Shown here: piece by piece, positions 10,401-18,292 of the stretch
Layout of the letters: every line of letters begins with the position of its first letter
How positions within the stretch are numbered: position 1 is the first letter of the stretch
Assembly: GCA_965217585.1 (NCBI GenBank)
Contig: OZ244561.1
Location: forward strand, 4,128,001 to 4,192,000
Direction of reading: 5' to 3'
DNA length: 64,000 bases
From: Candidatus Latescibacterota bacterium
GTDB lineage: Bacteria > Latescibacterota > UBA2968 > UBA8231
Position numbers and translations under genes: made by a program
The notes under the pieces: generated by a model
Seen by the model: the letters and a program-made list of their open reading frames with translations, nothing else
Told to the model about the DNA's origin: nothing
Databases searched by the model: none

Positions 10401-11707
10401 TCGCCCAATTCACCGGGGAGATGGCTGGCCGTTAGCTGCAACGTCAGCGTATCGGGCTTGGCTTGCCCGACGATGGTTATGGGCGCTGCGCCGCGCAAAA
10501 AGGACGCGGCTTGCAACGCGCCCTTTAGTGCGAGGTCGTAGTCCCCCGCTAAGCTGGAAGAGCCGGTGGCCACCAGCTCCAGCAAGGGCGATTGCAGGTC
10601 GAGACGAGTCGCCCCATCGGGCCGGTGCCAAGCCGTTATCTCGGCGTCGAATAGCTGATTGGGAATTAGATCCACATCGCGCAGGAGGGCGGCAAAGTCC
10701 GCGGCATAGCGCTGGTGCTGCAAATGCACTCCAGCCGCTAGATCGAATTCCGCTCGTCCCGCAAAGGGGGCCGCTAGCGCGAGGTCAAATCCCTCGCCCC
10801 GCAGTTGGGTCTGTAAGCTGTCGCGAGTGAAAAAATAAGTCGCATCGCCCGTCAGGGTGCCGTCGAACAAAGAGACGAGCAGAGAATCCAGCACTAAGCG
10901 CGTGCTGTTGGTGCGCACGCACCCTTGCAGATCCACTGCCGAGACCGCTGGCGCGCTGCCCTGGCCCCTGAGCGTCCCGCGCAGTTGCAGTGGCGTCAAT
11001 GCCCCGTCTATCTCCGCTTCTAGGGAACCCCGCGCGGAATCGGCCTCTACCGTCGCCGTGGCGTCCATATGCAAAGGCCGCGGCAACTGTAGCCCCAAGG
11101 CAAACGAGGCGTGCAGGGCGGCCCTTAGACTGTCGCTAGCGCCCACGGCCCGGACCTCTCCGCGGTCAATGCGGTGTGGACTAAGCGCGAGATCCAGCGT
11201 TAGCGAGCGCAGCGGCACTCCCTGCAAATCGGACAAGGCCAGCTCTAAGTGCGCCGAGGTGTCTGCTACTGCGCGATATGCGCCGCGCCATTCCCGAGCC
11301 ACGATCCGCGTTTCGCCCAACTGCCAATCGAGCGCACCGGCTGTCGCGCTGAGGTTGGGGAGGAAGGCGAGGGGCAGTTCGATATCTGTGGCTGCGGCGG
11401 TCGAATCGACTGAGGTGCTTGGCTCAATCCGCACCTTGGGGGCCTGCAATTCGACGGCCCAAGACCACGGCCGCACGGCGAGGTGCTCGACATCGACGAC
11501 CACCCCCAGCGCGGGATTTTGGCAGCGTAAGTCGGAAAAGGAAAACCCGTAGATCAAGCCTCCCTCGCGACCGCCGATGGAGACCTGCCATCCTCCAACG
11601 CCGCGCTCTAGCAGGTGTGCGAGCGCGGCAGGCCCTATGGGCGTGAGCGCGACGAGGCCGAGGACGACACCCAAAATGGTCGCCGCCCCGAGCAGCTTCC
11701 TCTTCAT
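7403..11707 (-). CDS. TamB-like (DUF490) translocation/assembly module protein
   Basis: 1434 aa, N-terminal anchor, long beta-rich body, C-terminal ALRAGKYL...VRVEHKI...GIGLKREF; overlaps the Omp85 gene start. Confidence 0.82.
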   Translation of the reverse strand: MKRKLLGAATILGVVLGLVALTPIGPAALAHLLERGVGGWQVSIGGREGGLIYGFSFSDLRCQNPALGVVVDVEHLAVRPWSWAVELQAPKVRIEPSTSVDSTAAATDIELPLAFLPNLSATAGALDWQLGETRIVAREWRGAYRAVADTSAHLELALSDLQGVPLRSLTLDLALSPHRIDRGEVRAVGASDSLRAALHASFALGLQLPRPLHMDATATVEADSARGSLEAEIDGALTPLQLRGTLRGQGSAPAVSAVDLQGCVRTNSTRLVLDSLLVSLFDGTLTGDATYFFTRDSLQTQLRGEGFDLALAAPFAGRAEFDLAAGVHLQHQRYAADFAALLRDVDLIPNQLFDAEITAWHRPDGATRLDLQSPLLELVATGSSSLAGDYDLALKGALQAASFLRGAAPITIVGQAKPDTLTLQLTASHLPGELGEEFGPLAADLHLLANRYLAADLRLERDLLVARADIDIESSEIDTLVATVNGLALTRVMSGLSGRLDADLRGAGGLSLDALRLAGSVATTPLEYADWQTGELALDVGWDRGTARGAGGGPGVNVLAELDAARHLTAQADFADTLLRGADGSVAALDGTFRWDGPLDDLDAVQANLALDSLLLRQGEWALQNYGPLQADYGNGRLDLTALHLQTPVGLVGLSGWVGRDSLSVAAELPALELSNLLPDLSAAGSGHLRVGGTLARPEAQGVVTLAEMRLDTLALGNARLRLALADSLLAEFSANAGVRLALTCPAAQLFGPGEAPAQLAIEAMAADLGPVLTYALGRPLYGRLDLDGHLEAALGDSMPSWRDLSGHIDVHGLAIESQASADSLRLDLLSGGRFAFGEGRVALDSVAIGLRRYDRDRRALQPAGTLQLAGQLEGTKPSKVELALEDVDLAFFGGPKGLVQLDAEVSGTASAPQVAVDLAVETADLGELHGQLTGDRHGGDWHLNWTTLLDDSLTVIGRMPWDLQAGALSLDESWLEAHSDGIGLLFIGDLIAELDHLDGRISADLRAEGLDSTLSLQGQIGVEDFEFALLDLEPIYALPDGQLQFNGRQVELVGFAVEKEPKRGFRSASLTGRLDLSRLDDPSFDLRLQAERMTSYYEAVGQSFKADAIDMDLSFAGSVSASKLAGHIRIDQPKSEASLVVLTLPVPPPPAALRDEFLENMALAVEVDIRGLALDSELAEVEASGAVEVGGTFYKPLFQGDIIIDEGQIFVLNQQFNITQGRVVFNRLAPTKSILDVMYDPLELNPTLDLEAKTDEITDINDNEKYVATLTLRGPAQKSVPRLSAEPTENESLDQLGPGSTVNLLAFNMANPDYAQAFESTSEAFSTAAAVFGTTAGQLLSKQVEKVGLNEFTVLPSSEIVGAEPGSPALRAGKYLGGLPLPLWVRYEAMLKEMAEGEVRVEHKIKSFLTIVGLAQSKHDHYGLGIGLKREFR

Positions 11708-12531
11708 TCGGATTTGAGGCGGGTCAGGGCCTTGGACACGTGGAAGAGCGAGTCGGGCAACGGCGCGTACGCCATGGTCTTGATCTTGCGCTCTAAGCGG
11801 AACACTTGGCTGGACTTCTCTTTTCCGGGAAGCTTGACTGAAGCCGTTAAGGTCGAGCGCAGCGCGAAGCCTTTGAGTTCCTCGGCGTTTTCCAACTCGT
11901 CGCTCAGGGCTTCGTGGTCTTCCAGCCCTTCTAGCCCTCCGCCGATTAGCGACGGATAGGACGTGCTAGCATCCTGCAAGTCCATAAACGCTGCGATCTC
12001 CCGAAAGCCGGGGAATTGCTTGGCAATGCAGGCATCGTACGTGTAGCGGTTTTCGCGTCGCAGCTTTTGGGTTTCGGGGTCGAGGTAGCGGGCGCGCATC
12101 TGCGCAACGACCCGCCGACAGGGAATTCCAGCGATGCGCGCCGTGTCTCCTGGCACCTTGATCGCAAGGGCTCTCTGCGGCCCGCCGGGGGTGGCCTCTG
12201 GCTTGGCAACGGCCTTGTGCGCCGGGGCTTTCTGCTGGACGAAGGTCTGCGCCGTCAGATCGATTTCGTACACCTGCGCTTGGTCCAGCCGCAGGATGGT
12301 GCTGGTGTTGAGGGACTGGCCCTGCTGCCGGAGGGCCTTTGCCGTTTTCGCGTCGGCCTCAATTAGCTGTTCGACCCGCTGGCTCTTGCCCTTGATGTAG
12401 ATTTTGTTGGTCGTTTTGCGCGCGCCAACTTTGTCTTTGCCAAAGCCTCGGTTGACGATCTCTTCCTCGAAGTACACATCGGCACCGGCGCTCGCCGCGC
12501 TGGCGAGCAATGCACATAACAGCAAGATCAT
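11704..12531 (-). CDS. Exported hypothetical protein (DUF4412-like)
   Basis: Signal peptide; TILRLD..VYEID, GDTARIAGIPCRR and LPDSLFHV motifs; coupled to tamB by a 4-bp overlap. Confidence 0.6.
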   Translation of the reverse strand: MILLLCALLASAASAGADVYFEEEIVNRGFGKDKVGARKTTNKIYIKGKSQRVEQLIEADAKTAKALRQQGQSLNTSTILRLDQAQVYEIDLTAQTFVQQKAPAHKAVAKPEATPGGPQRALAIKVPGDTARIAGIPCRRVVAQMRARYLDPETQKLRRENRYTYDACIAKQFPGFREIAAFMDLQDASTSYPSLIGGGLEGLEDHEALSDELENAEELKGFALRSTLTASVKLPGKEKSSQVFRLERKIKTMAYAPLPDSLFHVSKALTRLKSE

Positions 12532-12659
12532 GCTCGCACTCTCCTGTGGTAGGGTGGAAGACGTGTGCCATATATAACACCATAGGGGAAGGAAAAAGAG
12601 TCCCCTTTTATTATGACGGCAATAGAAGCGTAATATAGCGAAACGCGGTTGCTATCCCA

Positions 12660-12696
12660 TAAATAAAAGGCCCCTACCCGCAAGGGCGAGGGGCCT
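12660..12696 (-). terminator. Rho-independent terminator
   Basis: AGGCCCCT...AGGGGCCT stem followed by TTTATTT on the minus strand. Confidence 0.7.
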
Positions 12697-12720
12697 CGGA
12701 GCTTCTTGTCGCGCCTACTG

Positions 12721-13377
12721 TTAGTCGTCTCCGCGCATGAGCAACAGACTCACTAGGTTTAGCACGGCGGTCGCGGCCGCTGCCACGTAGGTCATGGCCG
12801 CGGCGTTGAGCACCCGCCGGGCCGAGCGCACCTCGTCGTTGGCTAAGTAGCCCTGCGAGAGGATGGCCATGGCCCGCGAGCTGGCGTTGAATTCCACTGG
12901 CAGGGTGACGATTTGGAACAGCACCGCGCCGGCGAAGAACATGATGCCGATATTCATTAGGCCGGTGGCCGGAAAGAACATCCCCGCCAGAATCAGGGGA
13001 AAGCCCAGCGTTGAGCCCAAATTGGCGACGGGCAGGATCGCGTGCCGGAAGTTGAGCGGCATGTAGCCCCCGGCGTGTTGGATCGCGTGCCCGACCTCGT
13101 GCGCCGCCACGGCCAAGCCGGCTAGGTGGTGCCCGTGGAAGTTGTCCGAAGAGAGGCGCACGGCTTTGGCGCGGGGGTCGTAGTGATCGGACAGCATCCC
13201 GCCCGTCTCCTCGACAGACACGTCGTAAATGCGTTGCTGGTGCAGGATGCGCCGCGCGGTCTCAGCGCCCGAAAGCTGCGCGGCCGAAGCCACTTGGCTG
13301 TACTTCTTGAAGGCGCTGCGGACCCGCATTTGGGCCCAGGCGACCAAGATCATCGGCACAAAAAGAAACAGAAGCAT
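12721..13377 (-). CDS. Membrane zinc metallopeptidase (YugP/Zn_peptidase_2)
   Basis: LSDHYDP, AAHEVGHAIQH (HExxH), TLPVEFNASSRA, AAMTYVA. Confidence 0.92.
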   Translation of the reverse strand: MLLFLFVPMILVAWAQMRVRSAFKKYSQVASAAQLSGAETARRILHQQRIYDVSVEETGGMLSDHYDPRAKAVRLSSDNFHGHHLAGLAVAAHEVGHAIQHAGGYMPLNFRHAILPVANLGSTLGFPLILAGMFFPATGLMNIGIMFFAGAVLFQIVTLPVEFNASSRAMAILSQGYLANDEVRSARRVLNAAAMTYVAAAATAVLNLVSLLLMRGDD

Positions 13378-13482
13378 CTCGTCATCTCCTCAATATGCGA
13401 AGGGCTTCTATTGGGACGCGAAAGGGACGCCCTAAGTTTCTAGCAGAATAACGAAAGCACCCGAAAATCGCAAGAAAAGGGC

Positions 13483-14145
13483 TTAGATCTTCTCTTCTGC
13501 TTCAGCAGGCAGGGAAAGGGCCGGGGGCACGACGACGCCGGCCGAGACGATCATCTTTAGGGCCTCCTCGATGCTGAGGTCGGTGGGACGCAATTGCTCG
13601 GGCGGCACGATGAGCATAAAGCCGGTGGTGGGATTGGGTGCCGTGGGCACGAAGATGCTGTGCGCCGGTGCTGCTTCGGCCTCGCGGGGTACGTCGCTGG
13701 CCAGAAAGCCCAAGGTCCATATCCCGGTGCGCGGATATTCGACGAGCACGACTTTCTCAAAGCCGGCCTTGCCCGGGGAGGTGAGCGTTTCCATGAGCTG
13801 ATGCACGGGCGCGTAGATCGTGCGCACCAACGGCAGTCCCTCTAGCGTTTCGCGTGCGAATTGCCACAGGCTGCGGCCAACCACGTTGGCGGCGAGTGCG
13901 CCGACGACCCACAGAATGATAAAGGTCAGCACAAAGCCCAAGCCGGGAATGTGGAATTCGGGATAGCCGAACGGCTTGGCCACTTGGCGAATCAACGGCG
14001 CGGAGAAGCCGTCGGCCCAGTTGAACAGCGTCTTGAGCACCCAGCCGGTAACCCACAGGGGCGCGATGATCGTCAGGCCGGCCATTATCGTGCGCCGAAG
14101 CCGCTGTAGCCGAGTGGGGCTTTTGCGCGGAGGCGTTTCACTCAT
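13483..14145 (-). CDS. DUF502 membrane protein
   Basis: PLVRTIY, VLVEYPR, FVPTAPNPTTG, ALKMIVSAG. Confidence 0.92.
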   Translation of the reverse strand: MSETPPRKSPTRLQRLRRTIMAGLTIIAPLWVTGWVLKTLFNWADGFSAPLIRQVAKPFGYPEFHIPGLGFVLTFIILWVVGALAANVVGRSLWQFARETLEGLPLVRTIYAPVHQLMETLTSPGKAGFEKVVLVEYPRTGIWTLGFLASDVPREAEAAPAHSIFVPTAPNPTTGFMLIVPPEQLRPTDLSIEEALKMIVSAGVVVPPALSLPAEAEEKI

Positions 14146-14271
14146 AGCGTAAGATACCTTATATAAATTGACATTTTTTGAATATCCAACTGGGTCAAAT
14201 TACTGTCAATACAAAGGATGCGTCTTCGCGCAAGGCTTACGTTTTTTGTGCGGTGGCCTATCTTATCCTTT

Positions 14272-14946
14272 ATGACGATGACGGCAATTCTACTCAGCGG
14301 TGGCATGGACTCGACTACCTTGCTCTGGTGGCTGAAAGCGCGGCAACAAGGCCCCATCCACGCCATTAGCATTGACTACGGCCAGCGCCATCGCGTCGAG
14401 CTGGAATGCGCCGCCCGCCTCGCCCGCTGCGCCGAGGTCGCGGCCCACGAGACGCTGGCGTTGGATTTGGCGGTCCTAGGAGGCAATCCGCTGACCGATC
14501 CCACGCTGGATGTGCCCACCGCTGAGTCCAAACGCCAACGCGACACTGTCGTCCCCTTCCGCAACATGCTTTTTGCGACGCTAGCGGCGGCATATTGCGC
14601 AACAAAGGGTATTTTCGACCTGTATATGGCGCCGGTCAAAGACGACTATCCGGCCTACCGGGACTGCCGTCGCCCCTTTTACGACAGCCTCGCACAGAGC
14701 CTGCGCTTGGGGGCTGCCGACGACGCGCCTTGGGCGATCCACACCCCCTTTGTCGAGCTGTGGAAACAGGACATCGTGGCCATCGGGCTCAAACTCGGCG
14801 TTCCCTACGGGGAAACCCACACCTGCTATGAGGGCTTGCGGCCGGCCTGCGGCTTGTGCGATGCCTGCTGCGAGCGGCTCGCGGCTTTTGCGGCGAACCG
14901 AGCTTGTGACCCTTTGGCGTATGCCGCTAGTGAGAGGACGCCGTGA
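14272..14946 (+). CDS. queC: 7-cyano-7-deazaguanine synthase
   Basis: SGGMDS, YGQRH, VPFRN, YRDCR, C-x8-C-x2-C-x2-C zinc motif. Start moved to ATG 14272. Confidence 0.93.
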   Translation: MTMTAILLSGGMDSTTLLWWLKARQQGPIHAISIDYGQRHRVELECAARLARCAEVAAHETLALDLAVLGGNPLTDPTLDVPTAESKRQRDTVVPFRNMLFATLAAAYCATKGIFDLYMAPVKDDYPAYRDCRRPFYDSLAQSLRLGAADDAPWAIHTPFVELWKQDIVAIGLKLGVPYGETHTCYEGLRPACGLCDACCERLAAFAANRACDPLAYAASERTP

Positions 14947-15593
14947 CTGCCCGCGACACAATGCTGCACATGCCAGCCGAGGAGCGCGCCGAGCGCCTGC
15001 CGGTATGGAGCGACTCGGGGCACGTCCTACAGGTCAACGAGATTTTCTACTCCATTGAGGGCGAGGGTCTGCGCGTCGGCGAGCCTACGATCTTTGTGCG
15101 CTTGGCGCGCTGCAATTTGCGCTGTCCGTTCTGCGACACGGAGTTTGACCGCTTCACGCCAATGGACATCGGGGACATCGCCGCCGAGGTGGCGCGCCAC
15201 CCGGCCGAATGGGTGTGCTTGACCGGCGGCGAGCCGTTGGGCCAAAATCTCGCGGCACTGGCTGGCCGGCTCAAAGAAGCGGGCTACAAGCTCCACATTG
15301 AGACCAACGGCACGATCGCGCCCGATCCGGTGCTATTCGAGTTGATTGACCATTGGACCGTGTCGCCGAAATGCTATCCGGTCGTCGCTGGTTTTGCACG
15401 CATTACCGAGCTCAAATACGTCGTCGGCAGGGCGTTCCGCGAGGAGCGCGTCGAGGAGCACCGCGCCGACTACGTATATTTGCAGCCCGAATCCTCTGAG
15501 CCGCGCTACGTGCAGAAGGCCCTTGAGATACTTAAGCGCCATCCGCGCTGGCGTCTCTCCACTCGCATTCACAAGACGCTCGGCCTGCCTTGA
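14943..15593 (+). CDS. queE: 7-carboxy-7-deazaguanine synthase (radical SAM)
   Basis: EIFYSIEGEG, CNLRCPFCDT, TGGEP, IETNG, VSPK, C-terminal HK. Confidence 0.93.
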   Translation: MTARDTMLHMPAEERAERLPVWSDSGHVLQVNEIFYSIEGEGLRVGEPTIFVRLARCNLRCPFCDTEFDRFTPMDIGDIAAEVARHPAEWVCLTGGEPLGQNLAALAGRLKEAGYKLHIETNGTIAPDPVLFELIDHWTVSPKCYPVVAGFARITELKYVVGRAFREERVEEHRADYVYLQPESSEPRYVQKALEILKRHPRWRLSTRIHKTLGLP

Positions 15594-15616
15594 GAAGATG
15601 CCCTACTGCCCCCCCA

Positions 15617-15643
15617 CTGGATTCCTGCTTTCGCAGGAATGAC
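15617..15643. repeat. Solo palindromic half-unit of the repeat found inside the MITE-like elements
   Basis: CTGGATTCCTGCTTTCGCAGGAATGAC resembles CTGGATGCCTGCTTTCGCAGGCATGAC at 44329-44355. Confidence 0.7.
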
Positions 15644-15662
15644 GATACTAGGAGGAGATCCC

Positions 15663-16526
15663 ATGCCCGACGTAGCCGAAATTTACAAGTTCGACGAGCT
15701 TACTTGGCCCGAAGTCAACCAAGCCGTAGCCATGGGCAAAATTCCCATCATACCCACTGGCTCGGTTGAACAACACGGCCACCACCTCCCACTCAAGGTG
15801 GATCACCTGTGCGCCAACGCGGTGGCGACGGAAGCCGCGCGCCTAAAGCCCGAACTCGCCCTCGTCCTCCCGCCGGTGAGCTACGGCTATGTCCACCATG
15901 TGATGGACTTTCCGGGTTCGCTCAACATTCACTACGAGCACTTCGTCCAATACGTGCTCGACATCACCAAGAGCTTGGCCTATCACGGCTTTAAGAAGAT
16001 GATCCTCGTCAATGGCCACGGCTCCAACCACAACCTCGTGGACATGGTCGCGCGGCGCACGATAGTCGAGACCGACGCGAGCTGCACGTTTTGCTCGTGG
16101 TGGCATTTGCTCCGGGTCCATCCCGACTTCGACAAAAAGTGGCGCGAGAGCGTGTTCCCGGGCGGCTGTTCGCACGCGGGCGAGCTGGAGACTTCGATGC
16201 TGCTGTATCTCGCGCCGGAGAGCGTGCGCAAGGACAAGATCAAGAGCGAGATCGCCAAGACGAACAAGCTCGGCTCAAAGTTCTTGTACACCGACCTGTT
16301 CGGGCACGGGCCGATGGGCTTGATCGAGTGGACGAGTCAGTATTCGGATAGCGGGGTGATGGGCGAGGCGGAGAAGGCCACGGCCGAGAAGGGCAAAATC
16401 GTCTTTGAGGAGGCGAGCCGGAACTTGGCCGAATTTGTCGAGGAATACCACGCGATGAAGATTGAGCCGCGCACTCGTCATCAGGACCAAGAGCCGACTA
16501 TTCCGCTGTCGTTTCCGACGGATTAG
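15663..16526 (+). CDS. Creatininase family amidohydrolase
   Basis: GSVEQHGHHLP..D, NGHGSN, HAGELETS; SD GGAGGAG. Confidence 0.92.
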   Translation: MPDVAEIYKFDELTWPEVNQAVAMGKIPIIPTGSVEQHGHHLPLKVDHLCANAVATEAARLKPELALVLPPVSYGYVHHVMDFPGSLNIHYEHFVQYVLDITKSLAYHGFKKMILVNGHGSNHNLVDMVARRTIVETDASCTFCSWWHLLRVHPDFDKKWRESVFPGGCSHAGELETSMLLYLAPESVRKDKIKSEIAKTNKLGSKFLYTDLFGHGPMGLIEWTSQYSDSGVMGEAEKATAEKGKIVFEEASRNLAEFVEEYHAMKIEPRTRHQDQEPTIPLSFPTD

Positions 16527-16545
16527 GGCGCGGAAGGATTTGGCG

Positions 16546-16812
16546 ATGAAGAGAACATTGACCATTGACTACGGAGATGAGGTCCTACTGGCCTTGGGAT
16601 GTTCACCCAAGCAATTCAGTGAAGAGGCGAAGCTCCTCGTCGCCATCAAGCTCTACGAATTAGGGCGGTTGTCTTCGGGGGCGGCAGCCAAGTTAGCCGA
16701 TATACCCAAGCCCTTGTTCCTAATGAAGCTAGCCGACTACGATGTCGATTCCTTCCAACTGACCGAGGAAGACCTCCAACAGGACTTGGCTAGTGCCCGA
16801 CGTCATCTGTAA
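16546..16812 (+). CDS. UPF0175 family protein (putative antitoxin)
   Basis: AIKLYELGRLSSGAAAKLA...FL..L motif. Confidence 0.85.
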   Translation: MKRTLTIDYGDEVLLALGCSPKQFSEEAKLLVAIKLYELGRLSSGAAAKLADIPKPLFLMKLADYDVDSFQLTEEDLQQDLASARRHL

Positions 16813-16877
16813 TACTTCTCCGCCTAAACGCTAGGACGCGCCAGATGGTGCTGAAACGTGCCGGCGAGACGACGTGA
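16793..16877 (+). pseudogene. Remnant of DUF3368 (PIN-type) partner gene: only first ~10 and last ~19 codons remain
   Basis: A GTG overlapping the UPF0175 end gives MPDVICNTSP; a different frame then reads RLNARTRQMVLKRAGETT-stop. These resemble the typical N- and C-termini of DUF3368 proteins. Confidence 0.7.
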
Positions 16878-17179
16878 GAAGGGGCAGCGCATCATCCGCC
16901 GATAAAGCAAAGAGCCGACGTTTTCGCTGTCGTTTCCGACGGGTTAGGACAGGGCGATCTATCTTCCCGCTGGTCAGCCTTGCCTGTCCTTGCTGTCCCA
17001 CCTCCCACCGGATGTGGTCGTGCCCCGGCTCGTGCAGGACTTCTCTATTTACTTGGCAAGCCCTTTATTTATAGTGCTATCCGACCTACAAACACCAGAA
17101 GGCCGAACTGCTGCGGTCGGCGCACGCCATTTCCTGTCGGCAGCAGGCTGACGACTTAGCCCAAAATCAAAGGACGACC

Positions 17180-17794
17180 ATGCCAGCACCGAACATCTGC
17201 AAAGAGCAATCCTGCACCGAGAAAGTACGGGGAGATCACTATTTGTGCCGTGAGCACTGGGAGGACTGTCAGGAGGGCGTTATTGATGAGTGTCCCCAAT
17301 GTGGGGTGTATAAAGACGTAGGGTATCGCCTCTGCATCAAGTGCAACAAGAAAGCTAACGTGGCGAGCAAGAAAAAGCCGAAATCGGGGGAAAACAAGCA
17401 GAAGATCCGCAGGTACGACCCGGTCAGAGCCGGCACCTTCGACGAACGCGCCGCTTTACTGGAAGATGACCAGAAGGCACAGGACAAACGCCAATTGTTC
17501 CACGATCAGCAAGGCAAGTGCGTTTACTGCGGCAACGAGTACCAGTACGACGAACTCGAAATTGAGCACATGATTCCGAAGGCCCGCGGTGGCCCAGACC
17601 ACATCCGAAACTGCCAGTTGGCCTGTGGTAATTGCAACCTAGCCAAAGGCACGAAGACCGACATTGAATTCCGGCAAGAACACGCCAGTTATCTGCCGCA
17701 GAAAGAGAGGACGCCGGCCGACCCGCCCATAGATCCGAAACTGCTCAAAGCGCTAGCCCAGAAGCGCCGCTTCTGGCGATCCCAGCGTAGGTGA
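17180..17794 (+). CDS. HNH endonuclease with Cys-rich N-terminal region
   Basis: CVYCG...IEHMIPKARGG...NCQLACGNCNLAKG; N-terminal CxxxxC/CxxH/CxxC/CxxC. Confidence 0.9.
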   Translation: MPAPNICKEQSCTEKVRGDHYLCREHWEDCQEGVIDECPQCGVYKDVGYRLCIKCNKKANVASKKKPKSGENKQKIRRYDPVRAGTFDERAALLEDDQKAQDKRQLFHDQQGKCVYCGNEYQYDELEIEHMIPKARGGPDHIRNCQLACGNCNLAKGTKTDIEFRQEHASYLPQKERTPADPPIDPKLLKALAQKRRFWRSQRR

Positions 17795-17989
17795 TCTGGT
17801 GATCGATAGGATACGCAAAGCCCGCCATAGCATATCGACGGAATGCGGACACGATCCGAGGAAGCTAGTTGAATATTATATAAGGCGTCAGAACAAACGG
17901 AGATCGACGACATCATCAGCGGCAAGCAATGAAATGGTCCGGTCGGACGATGAATAACAGTGCCTATCTGAATTGTATAGGAGGCTCAT

Positions 17990-18292
17990 TTGTTCCAGCA
18001 TAAGTTTGAGTGGGATCCTAGCAAAGCAGAACAGAATCTCAGGGCACATGGTATTACTTTTGAACGCGCTGCTACCGTTTTTCGGGATCCACGAGCACTC
18101 TCCGAGTTCGACGAAAAACACAGCCAAGATGAGGACCGGTGGATCACTCTTGGTCTAGATCGGACAGGTAGCTTACTGGTCGTTTGTCATACGTACCGAG
18201 AAGAGACTGCCTCAAGCGACCGAATACGGCTGATCTCGGCACGTAAAGCAACCACGAATGAAACGAGGCAATACAATGAAACAGGAATATGA
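17990..18292 (+). CDS. BrnT family toxin
   Basis: FEWDPSKAEQNLRAHGITF, EDRWITLG, IRLISARKAT; SD AGGAGG before TTG. Confidence 0.92.
   Translation: MFQHKFEWDPSKAEQNLRAHGITFERAATVFRDPRALSEFDEKHSQDEDRWITLGLDRTGSLLVVCHTYREETASSDRIRLISARKATTNETRQYNETGI

Noticed and set aside
14272-15593. queC-queE as a 7-deazaguanine DNA-modification (Dpd) or Qat defence system
   Set aside because: Both look canonical, and no dpdA/tgt paralogue, TatD or ATPase is adjacent. Queuosine synthesis with queD elsewhere is the simpler reading. No preQ1 riboswitch was recognised upstream.
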